64,000 bases of DNA from Mobula hypostoma (taxonomy: Eukaryota), in assembly GCF_963921235.1 (NCBI RefSeq), contig NC_086097.1, forward strand, positions 206,710,001 to 206,774,000, written 5' to 3'. The notes beneath the pieces are model-generated. The model did no database searches, was not told the origin of the DNA, and saw only the letters and a program-made list of their open reading frames with translations. Each line of letters opens with the position of its first letter. Within the stretch, counting starts at the first letter, position 1. Below, one piece after another: positions 50,178 to 63,290 of the stretch. A program made the translations under genes and the position numbers.

Positions 50178-53100
50178 TAAACCCCCTGCCCAGAACCAGC
50201 GATACACCCTGCAATGTCTGGATCAGTCTCTGTTTGGGCGGTCTGCCTCTGCTCCGGGGTACCTGAACCTCGACTGGCTGCACCAAGTCCACATGGGCCG
50301 GTTTGAGTCAGTCCACCGTGAAAACCCCCTCTTTCCCCCCAATGTCCAGAACGTACGTGGACCCGTTGTTCCTGATCACCTTGATTGGCCCCTCGTACGG
50401 CCGCTGTAGCAGTGCCCGGTGTGCGCCTCTTCATACAAATGCAAATTTACAGTTCTGCAGGTCTTTGGGTACGCAGGTCGGGCTCTGTCCGTGCTGTGAA
50501 GTCGGTATGGGGGCCAGGTTGCCGAGCCTTTTGCGTAGTCTGTCCAGGACTGCTGCGGGTTCTTCCTCTTTCCCCCTTGGGGCTGGTATGAACTCTCCTG
50601 GGACAACCAGGGGTGCGCCGTACACCAACTCGGCTGACGAGGTATGCAGATCCTCTTTGGGCCCTGTGCGGATTCCAAGCAGGACCCAGAGAAGCTCGTC
50701 CACCCAGTTAGGCCCTTTCAGGCGGGCCATGAGAGCCGACTTCAAGTGATGTTGGAAGCGCTCCACTAGTCCATTCGACTGTGGGTGGTAGGCAGTTGCG
50801 TGGTGTAGCTGTGTTTCCAACAGGCTGGCCACAGCCGACCACAGGCTGGAGGTGAACTGGGCGCCTCTGTCGGAGGTAATGTGGGCCAGTACCCCAAAGC
50901 GGGCTAACCAAGTTGCAATCAGTGCTCGGGCGCAGGAATCGGCGGTGGTGTCGGTGAACGGGACCGCCTCTGGCCATCTGGTGAACCGGTCTACCATAGT
51001 TAGGAGGTACCGCGCTCCTCGCGACACTGGCAGGGGCCCCACGATATCCACATGAATGTGGTCGAACCTCCGGCGGGGCTTTGGTGTGCTGCTGCACCTT
51101 GGCTGTTTGGCACTGCATGCACGTTTTGGCCCATATAGCTGACCTGTTTGCGAAGTCTGTGCCACACGAACTTGCTGGAGACCATCCAGACGGTTGTCCT
51201 GATAGATGGGTGCGCAATGCCGTGTATGGAGTTGAAAACTTGCTGCCACCAGGCTGCCGGGACAATAGGGGAGGTTGGCTGGTAGCCACATCACACAGGA
51301 GGGTCCTCTCACCTGGGCCTATGAGGAAGTCTTACAGCTGCAAACCTGAGAATGCGGTCCTGTAGCTGGGCATCTCGTTGTCTACCTGCTGCGCCTCTGC
51401 CAGTGCTGCATAGTCCACCCCCTGGGACAGGGCATGGATGGCTGGTCTGGAGAGTGCATCCGCCACGACGTTGTCCTTTCCCGAGACATGCTGGATGTCC
51501 GTCGTGTACTCGGAAATGTAGGACAGATGTCACTGCTGGCGAGACGACCAGGGGTCGGACACCTTCATGAATGTGGTGAACGTGAAAGTCAACAGTTTGT
51601 GGTCTGTGAATGTGGTGAACGGCCTTCCTTCTAAGAAGTACATGAAATGCTGGATTATCAGATATAGTGCCAACAGCTCCCAGTCGAAGGCAGTGTACTT
51701 GAGTTCGGGTGGCTGTAGGTGCCTGTTGAAGAACGCCAGGGGTTGCCAGCGCCCCTCAATGAGTTGCTCCAGCACTCCACTTACTGCCATTTTGGATGCG
51801 TCCACTGTGAGGGTGGTTGGAAAGTCCGTTCTGGGGTGCACCAGCATCGCGGCATCTGCCAAGGCTTCCTTGGCTTTAACGAAAGCGGCCGCGGCCTCTT
51901 CATCCCAAGTAATGTCCTTGCCTTTACCCGACATCAGGGTGAACAAAGGGCGCATGATACGGGCTGCTGAGGGGAGGAAGCGGTGGTAGAAGTTCACCAT
52001 AGCAACAAACTCCTGCAGGTCTTTGACTGTGTTGGGCCCGGCAAAGTGGCAGATCGCGTCTACCTTGGCGGGCAGAGGTGTCGCCCCATCTGTAGTAATA
52101 TTGTGGCCCAGGAAGTCGATGGTGTCGAGTCCGAACTGACGTTTGGCCGGGTTGATCGTGAGGCCGAAATCACTCAGACAGGAATAGAGCTGGCAGAGGT
52201 GGGACAGATGCTGCTGGCTATGAGGATGTTGTCCAAATAGATGAACGCAAAGTCCAGGTCACGTCCCACTGCATCCATTAGCCGCTGGAACATCTGTGCG
52301 GTATTCTTCAGGCCGAACGGCATTCAGAGGAATTCGAACAACCCAAATGGGGTGATGCGTGCTGTTTTGGGGATGTCTTCAGGGTGTACCGGGATTTGAT
52401 GGTATCCCTGGACGAGGTCTACCTTGGAAAAGATGCTTGCCCCGTGCAGGTTTGCTGCAAAGTCCTGTAGGTGTGGCACGGGGTAGCGGTCTGGAGTTGT
52501 AGCCTCGTTCAGTCTGCGGTAGTCGCCACATGGTCTCCAGCCCCCAGCTGCTTTGGGCACCATGTGCAGTGGGGACTGCCTTACGATCCCCAATTCCTCC
52601 ATCCTCTTGAACTCCTCCTTCACCAGGTGGAGCTTGTCCGGGGGGAGCCTTCATGCGCAGGCGTGGAGGAGTAATCCCTGGGTCGGAATGTGGTGCTGTA
52701 CTCCGTGTCTGGGCATGGCTACTGTGAACTGCGGTGCCAGAACCGATGGAAAGTCCACCAGGATTCTGGTGAATTCATTGTCAGACAGCGTGATGGAATC
52801 CAGGTGTGGGGCTGGCAACTTGGCTTCACCCAGGGAGAACGTCTGGAAAGTCTTGGCATAGACTAGTCTTTTCCCTTGCAAGTAGACCAGCAGGCTGTGA
52901 GCTCGCGAGAAGTCCGCCCCCAGGAGTGGTTGGGCCACGGTGGCCAGTGTGAAGTCCCACGTGAACCGGCTGGCACCAAACTACAGCTGCACTGTGCGGG
53001 TGCCGTAGGTCCCTATCGTGCTGCCGTTTGCGGCCCTCAGGGTGGGTCCCAGCTCCCTGTTGCAGGTGTCATACCCCGTCGGGGGTAAGATGCTGATTTC

Positions 53101-53914
53101 CGTTCTGATGTCGACCAAGAAGCGGCGTCCCGACTGTTTGTCCCAGATGTACAAGAGGCTGTCCTGGTGGCCAGCTGCTGTAGCCATTAGCGGTGGCTAG
53201 CCCTGGCATTTCCTGGGAACTTGCAGGGCGGGCAGCAATGGCGGGCTTCTGTGCCCCACCGGTGGTGGTAGAACAATACTGTTCATTGGCCTCCTCACTC
53301 CTGCCTCTGGGTTGTGTGCGCTCCGTTGCCGGGCCTGGTCTGCCCTGCTGTTGGGCACGTGGCTTGGTAATCTATCAGACGGATGCCCTGCTCTCCCTCT
53401 TGGCTTTCCACAGCACGTCTGCCCGGGCCGCCACCTTCCGGGGGTCACTAAAATCTGCATTGGCCAGCAGCAGATGTATGTCCTCGGGCAGTTGTTCTAG
53501 GAACGCCTGCTCAAACATGAGGCAGGGCTTGTGTCCTTCAGCCAGGGCCAGCATCTCATTCATTAATGTTGATGGCAGCCTGTCTCCCAAACTGTCCAGG
53601 TACAGCAAGCGGGCACCTCGCTAACGCCGTGAGAGGCCAAAGGTCCCTATGAGCAACGTTTTGAACGCTGCATATCTGCCTTCTTCCGGGGGTGACTGTA
53701 TGAAATCCTCAACCTGGGCGGCTGTCTCCTGGTCAAAGGAGCTCACCACGTAATAGTAATGCGGGGAATCAGAAGATATCTGCCGAATCTGGAACTGGGC
53801 CCCCGCTTGGTCAAACAACACGTGTGGTTGCAGCGTCCAGAAGGTTGGCAGTTTTTGCGAAACTGCATGAACAGATGAAGAGTCGATCATCTTTGGTCCA
53901 AATCCCATTTGGAC

Positions 53915-53928
53915 CGTCGGGGTCACCA
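53915..53928 (-). promoter_or_regulatory. Primer-binding site complementary to tRNA-Trp
   Basis: TGGTGACCCCGACG, 1 nt after the 5' LTR; matches the first 14 nt of the known tRNA-Trp PBS TGGTGACCCCGACGTGAT. Confidence 0.85.
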
Positions 53929-53929
53929 A

Positions 53930-54215
53930 TGTAGCGACATGCTACACACAGAGCTAGAAATAATGACACGCAGTCTGTAAGTTGCACTTGAGACTAATTT
54001 ATTCAAACTTTGCAGCACTGGCTTTTACTCCGTTCCGTTCCCGCCCTCTCCGGGCAGAAATGACGTCAGAGGTGCATTACAAAAGTCTCTTCCCGCGCGC
54101 GGGCTTTCTCCCCTTGCTGGTGAAGAAGGCCCAGCACCATTTTGGGGCTGGCCTCTCTGCTGACGTGCGCCCATTTTGTGAGGCGGTTCGCCTGCGTAGA
54201 AAGTGGGTCACCACA
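53930..54215 (-). repeat. Gypsy 5' LTR (286 bp)
   Basis: Direct repeat of 49891-50177, about 32 differences by hand alignment. Confidence 0.95.
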
Positions 54216-54821
54216 ATAGCGTAGTTAAGCCGCCATGAAAAATTGTGCAAACCTTTGCAACATCTCCAATTGTAGTTGGTATTTAGCACTGTGACAAATA
54301 CAATAATTAACAAAGTGACAAACAGGTAGAGAATTGCTAAGATATTTGTATCTTGTTCCGTCCACTCCACTATACGGTATGTGTCACACATTGACATAAA
54401 CCACAGTTTCCTCTTTTTGATATGAAAGCATAATTAATACATTCATATTATTTAAAGACTGAAGTGCATAGCAGTTTTTGTGAGACCTGCTAATCTTCCC
54501 AAAAGAACTTGTTTGTATTGCATTGCTTGAATTGAGGTAAGTGTCATTTCACAACTAAATTTGTTAGAGCTTAATGTCAATTCTTGCACAGCTTACACTG
54601 AACTGACATTTGTAAAGTGCACATGATCAGATGACGCTTTAATATTGTAAATCACAGACCATAAAACATAGAACAGGCAATTCACACCACAATTTTGTGC
54701 TGACCTATATAAATGTACTCCACAGTCATAATACCATAAGACATGGGAGGAGAATTAAGCCATTTGTCACATCAGGTCTTCTCTGCCATTCCATCATTGA
54801 TTATTTCTCTCAAACCCAGTT

Positions 54822-56055
54822 AAACATAGAAACATAGAAACATAGAAAATAGGTGCAGGAGTAGGCCATTCGGCCCTTCGAGCCTGCACCGCCATTTATT
54901 ATGATCATGGCTGATCATCCAACTCAGAACCCAGCCTTCCCTCCATACCCCCTGACCCCTGTAGCCACAAGGGCCATATCTAACTCCCTCTTAAACATAG
55001 CCAATGAACTGGCCTCAACAGTTTGCTGTGGCAGAGAATTCCACAGATTCACCACTCTCTGTGTGAAGAAGTTTTTCCTAATCTCGGTCCTAAAAGGCTT
55101 CCCCTCTATCCTCAAACTGTGACCCCTCGTTCTGGACCTCCCCAACATCGGGAACAATCTTCCCGCATCTAGCCTGTCCAATCCCTTTAGGATTTTATAC
55201 GTTTCAATCAGATCCCCCCTCAATCTTCTAAATTCCAACGAGTACAAGCCCAGTTCATCCAGTCTTTCTTCATATGAAAGACCTGCCATCCCAGGAATCA
55301 ATCTGGTGAACCTTCTTTGTACTCCCTCTATGGCAAAGATGTCTTTCCTCAGATTAGGGGACCAAAACTGCACACAATACTCCAGGTGTGGTCTCACCAA
55401 GGCCTTGTACAACTGCAGTAGTACCTCCCTGCTCCTGTACTCGAATCCTCTCGCTATAAATGCCAGCATACCATTCGCCTTTTTCACCGCCTGCTGTACC
55501 TGCATGCCCACTTTCAATGACTGGTGTATAATGACACCCAGGTCTCGTTGCACCTCCCCTTTTCCTAATCGGCCACCATTCAGATAATAATCTGTTTTCC
55601 TATTTTTGCCACCAAAGTGGATAACTTCACATTTATCCACATTAAATTGCATCTGCCATGAGTTTGCCCACTCACCCAACCTATCCAAGTCACCCTGCAT
55701 CCTCTTAGCATCCTCCTCACTGCTAACACTGCCACCCAGCTTCGTGTCATCCGCAAACTTGGAGATGCTGCATTTAATTCCCTCATCCAAGTCATTAATA
55801 TATATTGTAAACAACTGGGGTCCCAGCACTGAGCCTTGCGGTACCCCACTAGTCACCACCTGCCATTCTGAAAAGGTCCCGTTTATTCCCACTCTTTGCT
55901 TCCTGTCTGCTAACCAATTCTCCACCCACACCAATACCTTACCCCCAATACAGTGTGCTTTAAGTTTGCACACTAATCTCCTGTGTGGGACCTTGTCAAA
56001 AGCCTTTTGAAAATCCAAATATACCACATCCACTGGTTCTCCCCTATCCACTCTA
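54822..56055 (-). mobile_element. Young 5'-truncated CR1 with uninterrupted 375-aa RT C-terminal frame
   Basis: ORF 54924-56051(-) without stops: YLDFQKAFDKVPH, GVPQGSVLGP, KFADDTKLGG; perfect (TTTCTATG)3 tail; CAGTT on both sides. Confidence 0.96.
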
Positions 56056-59000
56056 CAGTTGAATGCGTGGCTGAGGAGTTGGTGCAGGGAGCAGGGTTTT
56101 CGATTTTTGGATCATTGGGATCTATTCTGGGGAAGGTGGGACGTGTACAGATTGGATGGGTTGCACCTGAACTCGAGGGGGAGCAATATCCTTGCAGGTA
56201 GGTTTGCTAGCATGGTTCGGGAGGGTTTAAACTAATTTGCAAGGGAGATGGGACCCGGAGCGATAGAGCAGTGAAAGACGAGGATGGAGTAAAGCCAGAT
56301 CTAACATACAGAGAGGCTTTGAGGAAAGAGAAACAGAATGAAGGGAGTAAAGGTAGTAAGGTAGAAGGGCTAAAGTGCTTGTACTTCAATGCAAGAAGCA
56401 ACAGGAACAAAGGTGATGAACTGAGAGCTTGGATACATACATGGAATTATGATGTAGTGGCCATTACAGAGACTTGTCTGGCACCAGGGCAGGAATGGAT
56501 TCTCAATATTCCTGGATTTCAGTGCTTTAAAAGGGATAGAGAAGGGGGGAAAGGGGAGGAGGGATGGTATTACTGGTCAGGGATACTATTACAGCTACAG
56601 AAAGGGTGGGTAATGCAGCAGGATCCTCTTTTGAGTCAGTATGGGTGGAAGCCAGGAACAGCAAAGGAGCAGTTACTCTATTGGGAGTATTCTATAGCCC
56701 CCTGGTAGCAGCAGAGATACGAGGAGCAGATTGGGAGGCAGATTTTGGAAAGGTGCAAAAATGACAGGGTTGTTATCATGGGTGACTTTAACTTGCCTAA
56801 TATTGATTGGCACCTGATTAGTTCCAAGGGTTTAGATGGGGCAGAGTTTGTTAAGTGTGTCCAGGATGGATTCCTGTCACAGTATGTTGACAGGCCGACT
56901 AGGGGGAATGCCATACTAGGTCTAATATTAGGTAACGAACCTGGTCAGGTCACAGATTTCTCGGTGGGTGAGTATCTGGAGGATAGTGACCACCGCTCCC
57001 TGGCCTTTAACATTATCATGGAAAAGGAAAGAATCAGAGAGGACAGGAAAATTTTTAATGGGGGAAGGGCAAATTATGAGGCTATAAGGCTAGAACTTGC
57101 AGGTGTGAATTGGGATGATGTTTTTGCAGGGAAATGTACTATGAACATGTGGTCAAAGTTTAGGGATGTTTTGCAGAACGTTAGGGATAAATTTGTCCCG
57201 GTGAGGAAGATAAAGAATGGTAGGGTGAAGGAACCATGGGTGACAAGTGAAGTGGAAAATCTAGTCAAGTGGAAGAAGAAAGCATACATGAGGTTTAGGA
57301 AGCAAGGATCAGATGGGTCCATTGAGGAATATAGGGAAGCAAGAAAGGAGCTTAAGAAGAGGCTGAGGAGAGCAAGAAGGGGGCATGAGAAGGCCTTGGC
57401 GAGAAGAGTAAAGGAAAACTCCAAGGCATTCTTCAATTATGTGAAGAACAAAAGGATGACAAGAGTGAAGGTAGGACCGATTAGAGATAAGGGGTGGGAA
57501 GATGTGCCTTGAGGCTGTGGAAGTGAGTGAGGTCCTCAATGAATACTTCTCTTCGGTATTCACCAATGAGAGGGAATTTGATGACGGTGAGGACAATATG
57601 AGTGAGGTTGATGTTCTGGAGCATGTTGATATTAAAGGAGAGGAGGTGCTGGAGTTGTTAAAATACATTAGGACGGGTAAGTCCCAGGAGCCTGACAGAA
57701 TATTCTCCAGGCTGCTCCACGAGGCGAGGGAAGAGATTGCTGAGCGTCTGGCTAGGATCTTTATGTACTTGTTGTCCACGGGAATGGCACCTGGGGATTG
57801 GAGGGAGGCGAATGTTGTCCCCTTGTTCAAAAAAGGTAGTAGGGATAGTCTGAGTAATTATAGACCAGTGAGCCTTACGCCTGTGGTGGGAAAGCTGTTG
57901 GAAAAGATTCTTAGAGATAGGATCTCTGGGCATTTAGAGAATCATGGTCTGATCAGGGACAGTCAGCATAGCTTTGTGAAGGGCAGATCGTGTCTAACAA
58001 GCCTAATAGAGTTATTTGAGGAGGTGAGCAGGCATATAGATGAGGGTAGAGCAGTGGATGTGATCTACATGGATTTTAGTAAGGCATTTGACAAGGTTCC
58101 ACACAGTAGGCTTATTCAGGAAGTCAGAAGGTATGGGATCCAGGGATGTTTGGCCAGGTGGATTCAGAATTGGCTTGCCTGCAGAAGGCAGAGGGTCGTG
58201 GTGGAGGGAGTACATTCGGATTGGAGGGTTGTGACTAGTGGTGTCCCACAAGGATCAGTTCTGGGACTTCTACTTTTCATGATTTTTATTAACGACCTGG
58301 ATGTGGGGGTAGAAGGGGAGGTTGGAAAGTTTGCAGATGACACAAAGGTTGGTGATGTTGTAGATAGTGTAGAGGATTGTGAAAGATTGCAGAGCGACAT
58401 TGATAGGATGCAGAAGTGGGCTGAGAGGTGGCAGATGGAGTTCAACCCGGAGAAGTGTGAGGTGGTACACTTTGGAAGGACAAACTCCAAGGCAGAGTAC
58501 AAAGTCAATGGCAGGATACTTAGTAGTGCGGAGGAGCAGAGGGATCTGGGTGTACATGTCCATAGATCCCTGAAAGTTGCCTCTCAGGTAAATAGGGTAC
58601 TTAAGAAAGCTTATGGGGTGTTAGCTATCATAAGTCGAGGGTAGAGTTTAAGAGTAGTGAGGTAATGATGCAGCTCTATAAAATTCTGATTAGGCCACAC
58701 TTGGAGTACTGTGTCCAGTACTGGTCGCCTCACTATAGGAAGGATGTGGAAGCATTGGAAAGGGTACAGAGAAGATTTACCAGGATGTTGCCTGGTTTAG
58801 AGAGTATTGATTATGATCAGAGATTAAGGGAGCTAGGGCTTTACTCTATGGAGAGAAGGAGGATGAGAGGAGACATGATAGAGGTGTACAAGATATTAAG
58901 AGGAATAGATAAAGTGGATAGCCAGCACCTCTTCCCCAGGGCACCTCTGCTCAATACAAGAGGACATGGTTTTAATGTAAGGGGTGGGAAGTTCAAGGGG

Positions 59001-59210
59001 GGTATTAGAGGAAGGGTTTTTTACTCAGAGAGTGGTTGGTGCGTGGAATGCACTGCCTGAGTCAGTGGTGGAGGCAGATACACTAGTGAAATTTAAGAGA
59101 CTACTGGACAGGAATTTAAGGTGGGGGTTTATATGGGAGGCAGGGTTTGAGGGTCGACACAACATTGTGGGCCGAAAGGCCTGTACTGTGCTGTACTATG
59201 CTGTAATCTA
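56056..59210 (+). mobile_element. CR1 LINE from ORF1 esterase C-terminus through ORF2 to 3' end; few frameshifts
   Basis: DGLHLN (ORF1); ORFs 56271-56708, 56745-57512, 57502-58644 and 58665-59060 with LYFNARS, ITET, GDFN, DSDH, NYRPVSL, KFADDTK. Confidence 0.96.
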
Positions 59211-59211
59211 T

Positions 59212-60246
59212 AAACCCATTCTCCTGCCTTCTCCCCATAACCCTTGATGCCCTGACTAATCAAAAACCTATCAAACTCTGCTTTAAATCCAAAGGCTGCA
59301 GTGGCAATGAATTCTACAGATTCAATATCCTTTGGTTACAAAAATTCCTCGTCATCTCAGATCTAAATGAACACCCCCCTGTTCTGAGATTGTGCCCTCT
59401 GGCCCTAGACACACCCACTATAGGAAATATGCTCTTTACATCCATTCTATGCCTCCCAATATTTGATGGGTTTCAATGAGATCCCTCTTCAATCTTCTAA
59501 ACTCTATTGAGTATAGGCCCAGAGCCATTAAGCACTTCTCATCCATTTCAATCCCAGAAACATTCATGTGAATCTCCTCTGTATGCTCTCCAATGTTGGT
59601 TCATCTTTTCTTAGACAATGGGCCAAAAACTGCTCGCAGCACCCCAAGTGTGGTCTGACCAGTGCGTTGTAAAGCTTCAGTATTACATCCTTATTCTTTA
59701 TTATCTGAAAATGAATGATAGAATTACAGTTGCCTTCCTTACCACTGACTCAACTTGCAAGTTAACCTTTAGGGAATCCTGCACAATGAGTCCTCAGTTA
59801 CTTTGAACCTCTGATTTCTGAATTGTCTCCCTGTTTCGAAAATCTACGCCTTGAACCTTTCTAGCAAAGTGCATGACCATACACTTCTTTACAATATTGT
59901 TTATTCCATCTGCCACTTTTTCGTCCATTCTCCCAGTCTGTTCAAGTCCTTCTGCAAACTTCCTACTTCCTCAACACTACCTGCTCCTCCACCTATCTTT
60001 GTATTGTCCACAAACTTGGCCACAAAGACATCAATTCTACCATCCAAATCATTGACATTTAATTTGAAAAGAAGCAGTCCCAACACTGGTCCATGCGGAA
60101 CACCACTATTCACTGGCAGCCAACCAGAAAAGGCTCCCATTATTCCCAACCTTTACCTCCTGCCAGACACTCAATATTCCATCCATGCTGGTATCTTTCT
60201 TGTTATACCATGAGCTTTTATCTTGTTAAGTAGCCTCATGTGTGGC
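59212..60246 (-). mobile_element. Older CR1 3' portion; its terminal part lies at about 54730-54816
   Basis: ORF 59901-60149(-) SGVPHGPVLG..AKFVDNTKIGG; the 3'UTR is continuous across the nested insertions at AAACCCA. Confidence 0.85.
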
Positions 60247-60249
60247 ATT

Positions 60250-62140
60250 GAACAGCCAGAAGACGTGGTTCATGTAAATACCAATGACATGGGTAGGACC
60301 AGTGACAAGGATCTGCATAGGGAGTTTAGAGAGTTAGGTGCTAAGTTAAAGGGAAAGGCCTCCAGGGTTGTGATCTCATGATTGCTACAGTGCCACATGC
60401 TAGTGAGGCCAGAACTAGGAAGATTATACAGTTTAATGCATGGTTAAGGAGTTGGTATAGGAGGGAGGACATAAGATTTCTAGATCATTGTGTGTTGGGG
60501 TCATGAGATGTGTGAAGTTACCATCTCTTGAGAGAAGGTTCTTGGGAAACTGAAAGGTCTGGAGCTAGATAAATCAGCTGGACCACATGGTCTATACCCC
60601 AGGGTTCTGAAAGAAGTGGCTGAAGAGATTGTGGAGGCATTAGTAATGATTTTTCATAAATCAATAGATTCTGGAATGGTTCTGGAAGACTGAAATATTA
60701 CAAATGTCACTCCACCCTTTAAGAAGGGAGAGAGGAAGAAGAAAGGAAACCGCATAGGCCAATTAGTCTGATCTCGGTGGTTGGGAAGATGTAGAAGTTG
60801 ATTATTAAGGGTGAGATCTCAGGGTACTTAGAAGCATATGACAAAAAAAATGCTGTAGCCAGCGTGGTTGCCTCAAATTATCTTGCCTGACAACTCTGTT
60901 AGAGGTTCTTTGAGGAAGTAACAAGTAGGGTGAACAAAGGAGAGGCAGTGGAGGTCATTTACTTGAATTTTCAGTAGGCATTTGATAAGGTGCCACACAT
61001 TAGCCTGCTTAACAAGATTAAATTCTATGGCATTACAGGAAAGATACTGGCATGGATAGCAGAATGGCTGACAGGCAGGAGGCAGCGAGTGGAAGTAAAA
61101 GGAGCCTTTTCTGGTTTGCTGCCAGTAACAAGTGGCGTCCTTCAGCTGTCGGTATTGGAAGTGCTGCTTTTCACATTATTTGTCAATTATTTGGACAATG
61201 GAATTGATGGCTTTGTGGCAAAGTCTGAAGATAACATGAGGATAGGAAGAAGGTAGGTCATTCTGAGGAAGCAATGTGATTGCAGCAGGACTTAGACAAA
61301 TTGGTAGAATGGGCAAAAAGGTGGCAGATGGAATACAATGTTGGGAAAGGTACGATAATGCACTTTGGTAAAAGGAACAATAATGCGGACTTTTATCTAA
61401 ATGGGGAGAAGTTCAAACATCAGAGGTGCAGAGGAACTGAGGGGTCTTTGTGCAAGAATCCCAGAAAGTTAATTTACAAGTTGAGGCTGTGGTAAAGAAG
61501 GCAAATGCAATGTTGGCATTTATTTCAAAGGGAATAGTATATAAAAGTAAGGAGATAATGCTGAGCCTTTATAAGACACTAGTCAGGCCGCACTTAAAAG
61601 TATTGTCAACAGTTTTGGGCTCCATATCTCAGAAAGGATATGTTGTCATTGGACAGAGTCCAGAAGAGGTTCACAAAGATGATTCAGGGAATGAAGGAGT
61701 TAACATGCAAGGAGCATTTGGCAGCTTTGAGCCTGTACACACTGGAATTTAGAAGGATGCATGGGGATCTCATTGAAACTTACCAAATGTTGAAAGGACT
61801 AGATAGGGTGGATGTGGAGGGGATGTTTCCTGTGGTGGGGGTGTACAGAACTAGAGGGCCAAGTCCCAAAATTGAGGAGTGACCAGAGGTAAGGAGGAAT
61901 TTTTTTAGCCATAGAGTAGTAAATCTGTGGAATACTCTGCCACTGACTGTGGTGGAGACCAAGTCCATGCGTATATTTAAGGCAAAAGTTGATCATTTCC
62001 TGATTGGTCAGGGCGTTGAAGGATATGGCGAGAAAGCAGGTGTATGAAATTGAGTGGGATCTGGGATCAGCCATGAAGGAATGGTGGAACAGATTTGATG
62101 GGCTGAATGGCATAATTCTGCTCCTATATCTTAATGATCT
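60250..62140 (+). mobile_element. Decayed CR1 (ORF1 esterase fragment, deletion, RT to 3' end)
   Basis: VHVNTNDMGR esterase block; ORFs 60990-61256, 61280-61495 and 61450-61752 are RT remnants. Confidence 0.88.
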
Positions 62141-62179
62141 TAAAGTCTAATTCAGAGGAAAGAGGTGTGACCTCACATT

Positions 62180-62552
62180 GAAAGCTATCGAATGGTGAAA
62201 GGTCTTATTATAGTGCATGTGGAGAGACCTATGATGGGAGAGTCTAAGACCAGAGGGCACAGCCTCAGAATAGAGGCGTGTCCTTTTAGAACAGAGATGC
62301 AGAGAAATTTCCTTAACCAAAGAGTGGAGAATCTGTGGAATTCTTTGCCACAGGCAGCAGTGGACGCCAAGTCTTCATGTATATTTAAGGCAGAGGTTGA
62401 TGGATTCCTGATTGGTCACGGCATGAAGCGATATGGGGAGTAGGCAGGAGATTGCGGATGAGAGAAAAATTGGATCAGCCGTGATGAAATGTCAGAGCAG
62501 ACTTGATGGGCCAAATGGCCTAATTCTACTGCTGTATCTTATGGTCTTATGA
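62180..62552 (+). mobile_element. CR1 3' fragment
   Basis: ORF 62192-62443 TRGHSLRIE..NFLNQRVENLWNSLP; tail TCTTATGGTCTTATG. Confidence 0.88.
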
Positions 62553-63223
62553 TGAAATGATCTGTATGGATGGCATGAAAACAATGTTTTTCACTGTACC
62601 GTAGTACCTGTGACTACAGTAAATCTGCTAACCCATTCACCGTTATTGTTGTTGGTATTCATAGACAGTCATACAAAAGGACCCCATGTAAAAAATAATC
62701 GCCTCTCGTACAACAAAGTTGAAGTGTTATGATCCATCATGGCTTACCAGAAGAATTAGTCTTGGACAATAAGCTTCAATGTTACTGATTTCTTTTATAA
62801 CACTTTATGAAACGAATGACATTAATTACATGCTTACTTGATAACATCATTCAGCATCAGATGACCTGGTAGAGACATCAGTGAACATTGGCAGTGAAAT
62901 ACAGAAAAAACAAATATTTAAGTACACTTGACACTAACAATGAGCTATCAATTAGGAAACTTTCTGCTGAACTACAAACACAGCACAATGAACTTAAAGA
63001 TTAGCTTTATTTGTTACATGTACATTGAAACATCAAAGCATACGGTGAAACTTGTCGTTTGCATCAACAACTAATACAGTCTAAGAATGGCAGCCTAGGG
63101 GCAGCCCACAAATATCACCATGCCTCTGGTGTCAACATAACATACCCACAACTTACTATTCTGTACATCTTTGGAATGTGGGACAAAACTGTAGGAAACC
63201 CATGTGGTACTGGGGAGAATCTA

Positions 63224-63290
63224 CAATATTGTGCAAAAAACTTAATCGCATTTAAATTGCTAGGGTGCCTAAGACTTTTGCACAATGCTG
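63224..63290. mobile_element. Tiny palindromic MITE, probably Tc1/mariner-type
   Basis: TA|CAATATTGTGCAAAAAACTTA...TAAGACTTTTGCACAATGCTG imperfect terminal inverted repeats. Confidence 0.5.

Larger units (their letters stand above)
49891..54215 (-). mobile_element. Complete Ty3/Gypsy LTR retrotransposon (4325 bp), decayed gag-pol
   Basis: Two TG..CA LTRs; TSD ATAG at 49887-49890 and 54216-54219; order gag (KLPTFW), PR (FLVDIRTEIS), RT ([15 protein letters not shown]), RNase H (VDASK, FTDHK), IN (HVDIVGPLP, TSDRGAQFTS, AYHPQSNGLVERF). Confidence 0.97.

Noticed and set aside
49986..50749. Extra ORFs near the Gypsy 3' end as a possible env or accessory gene
   Set aside because: Alternative or antisense frames of GC-rich integrase and LTR sequence; there is no room for env between IN and the PPT
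54822..59210. Two CR1s joined 5'-to-5' as a single dual-template insertion
   Set aside because: CAGTT flanks the minus copy on both sides, so sequential nesting is simpler (though a 5-bp match is modest evidence)
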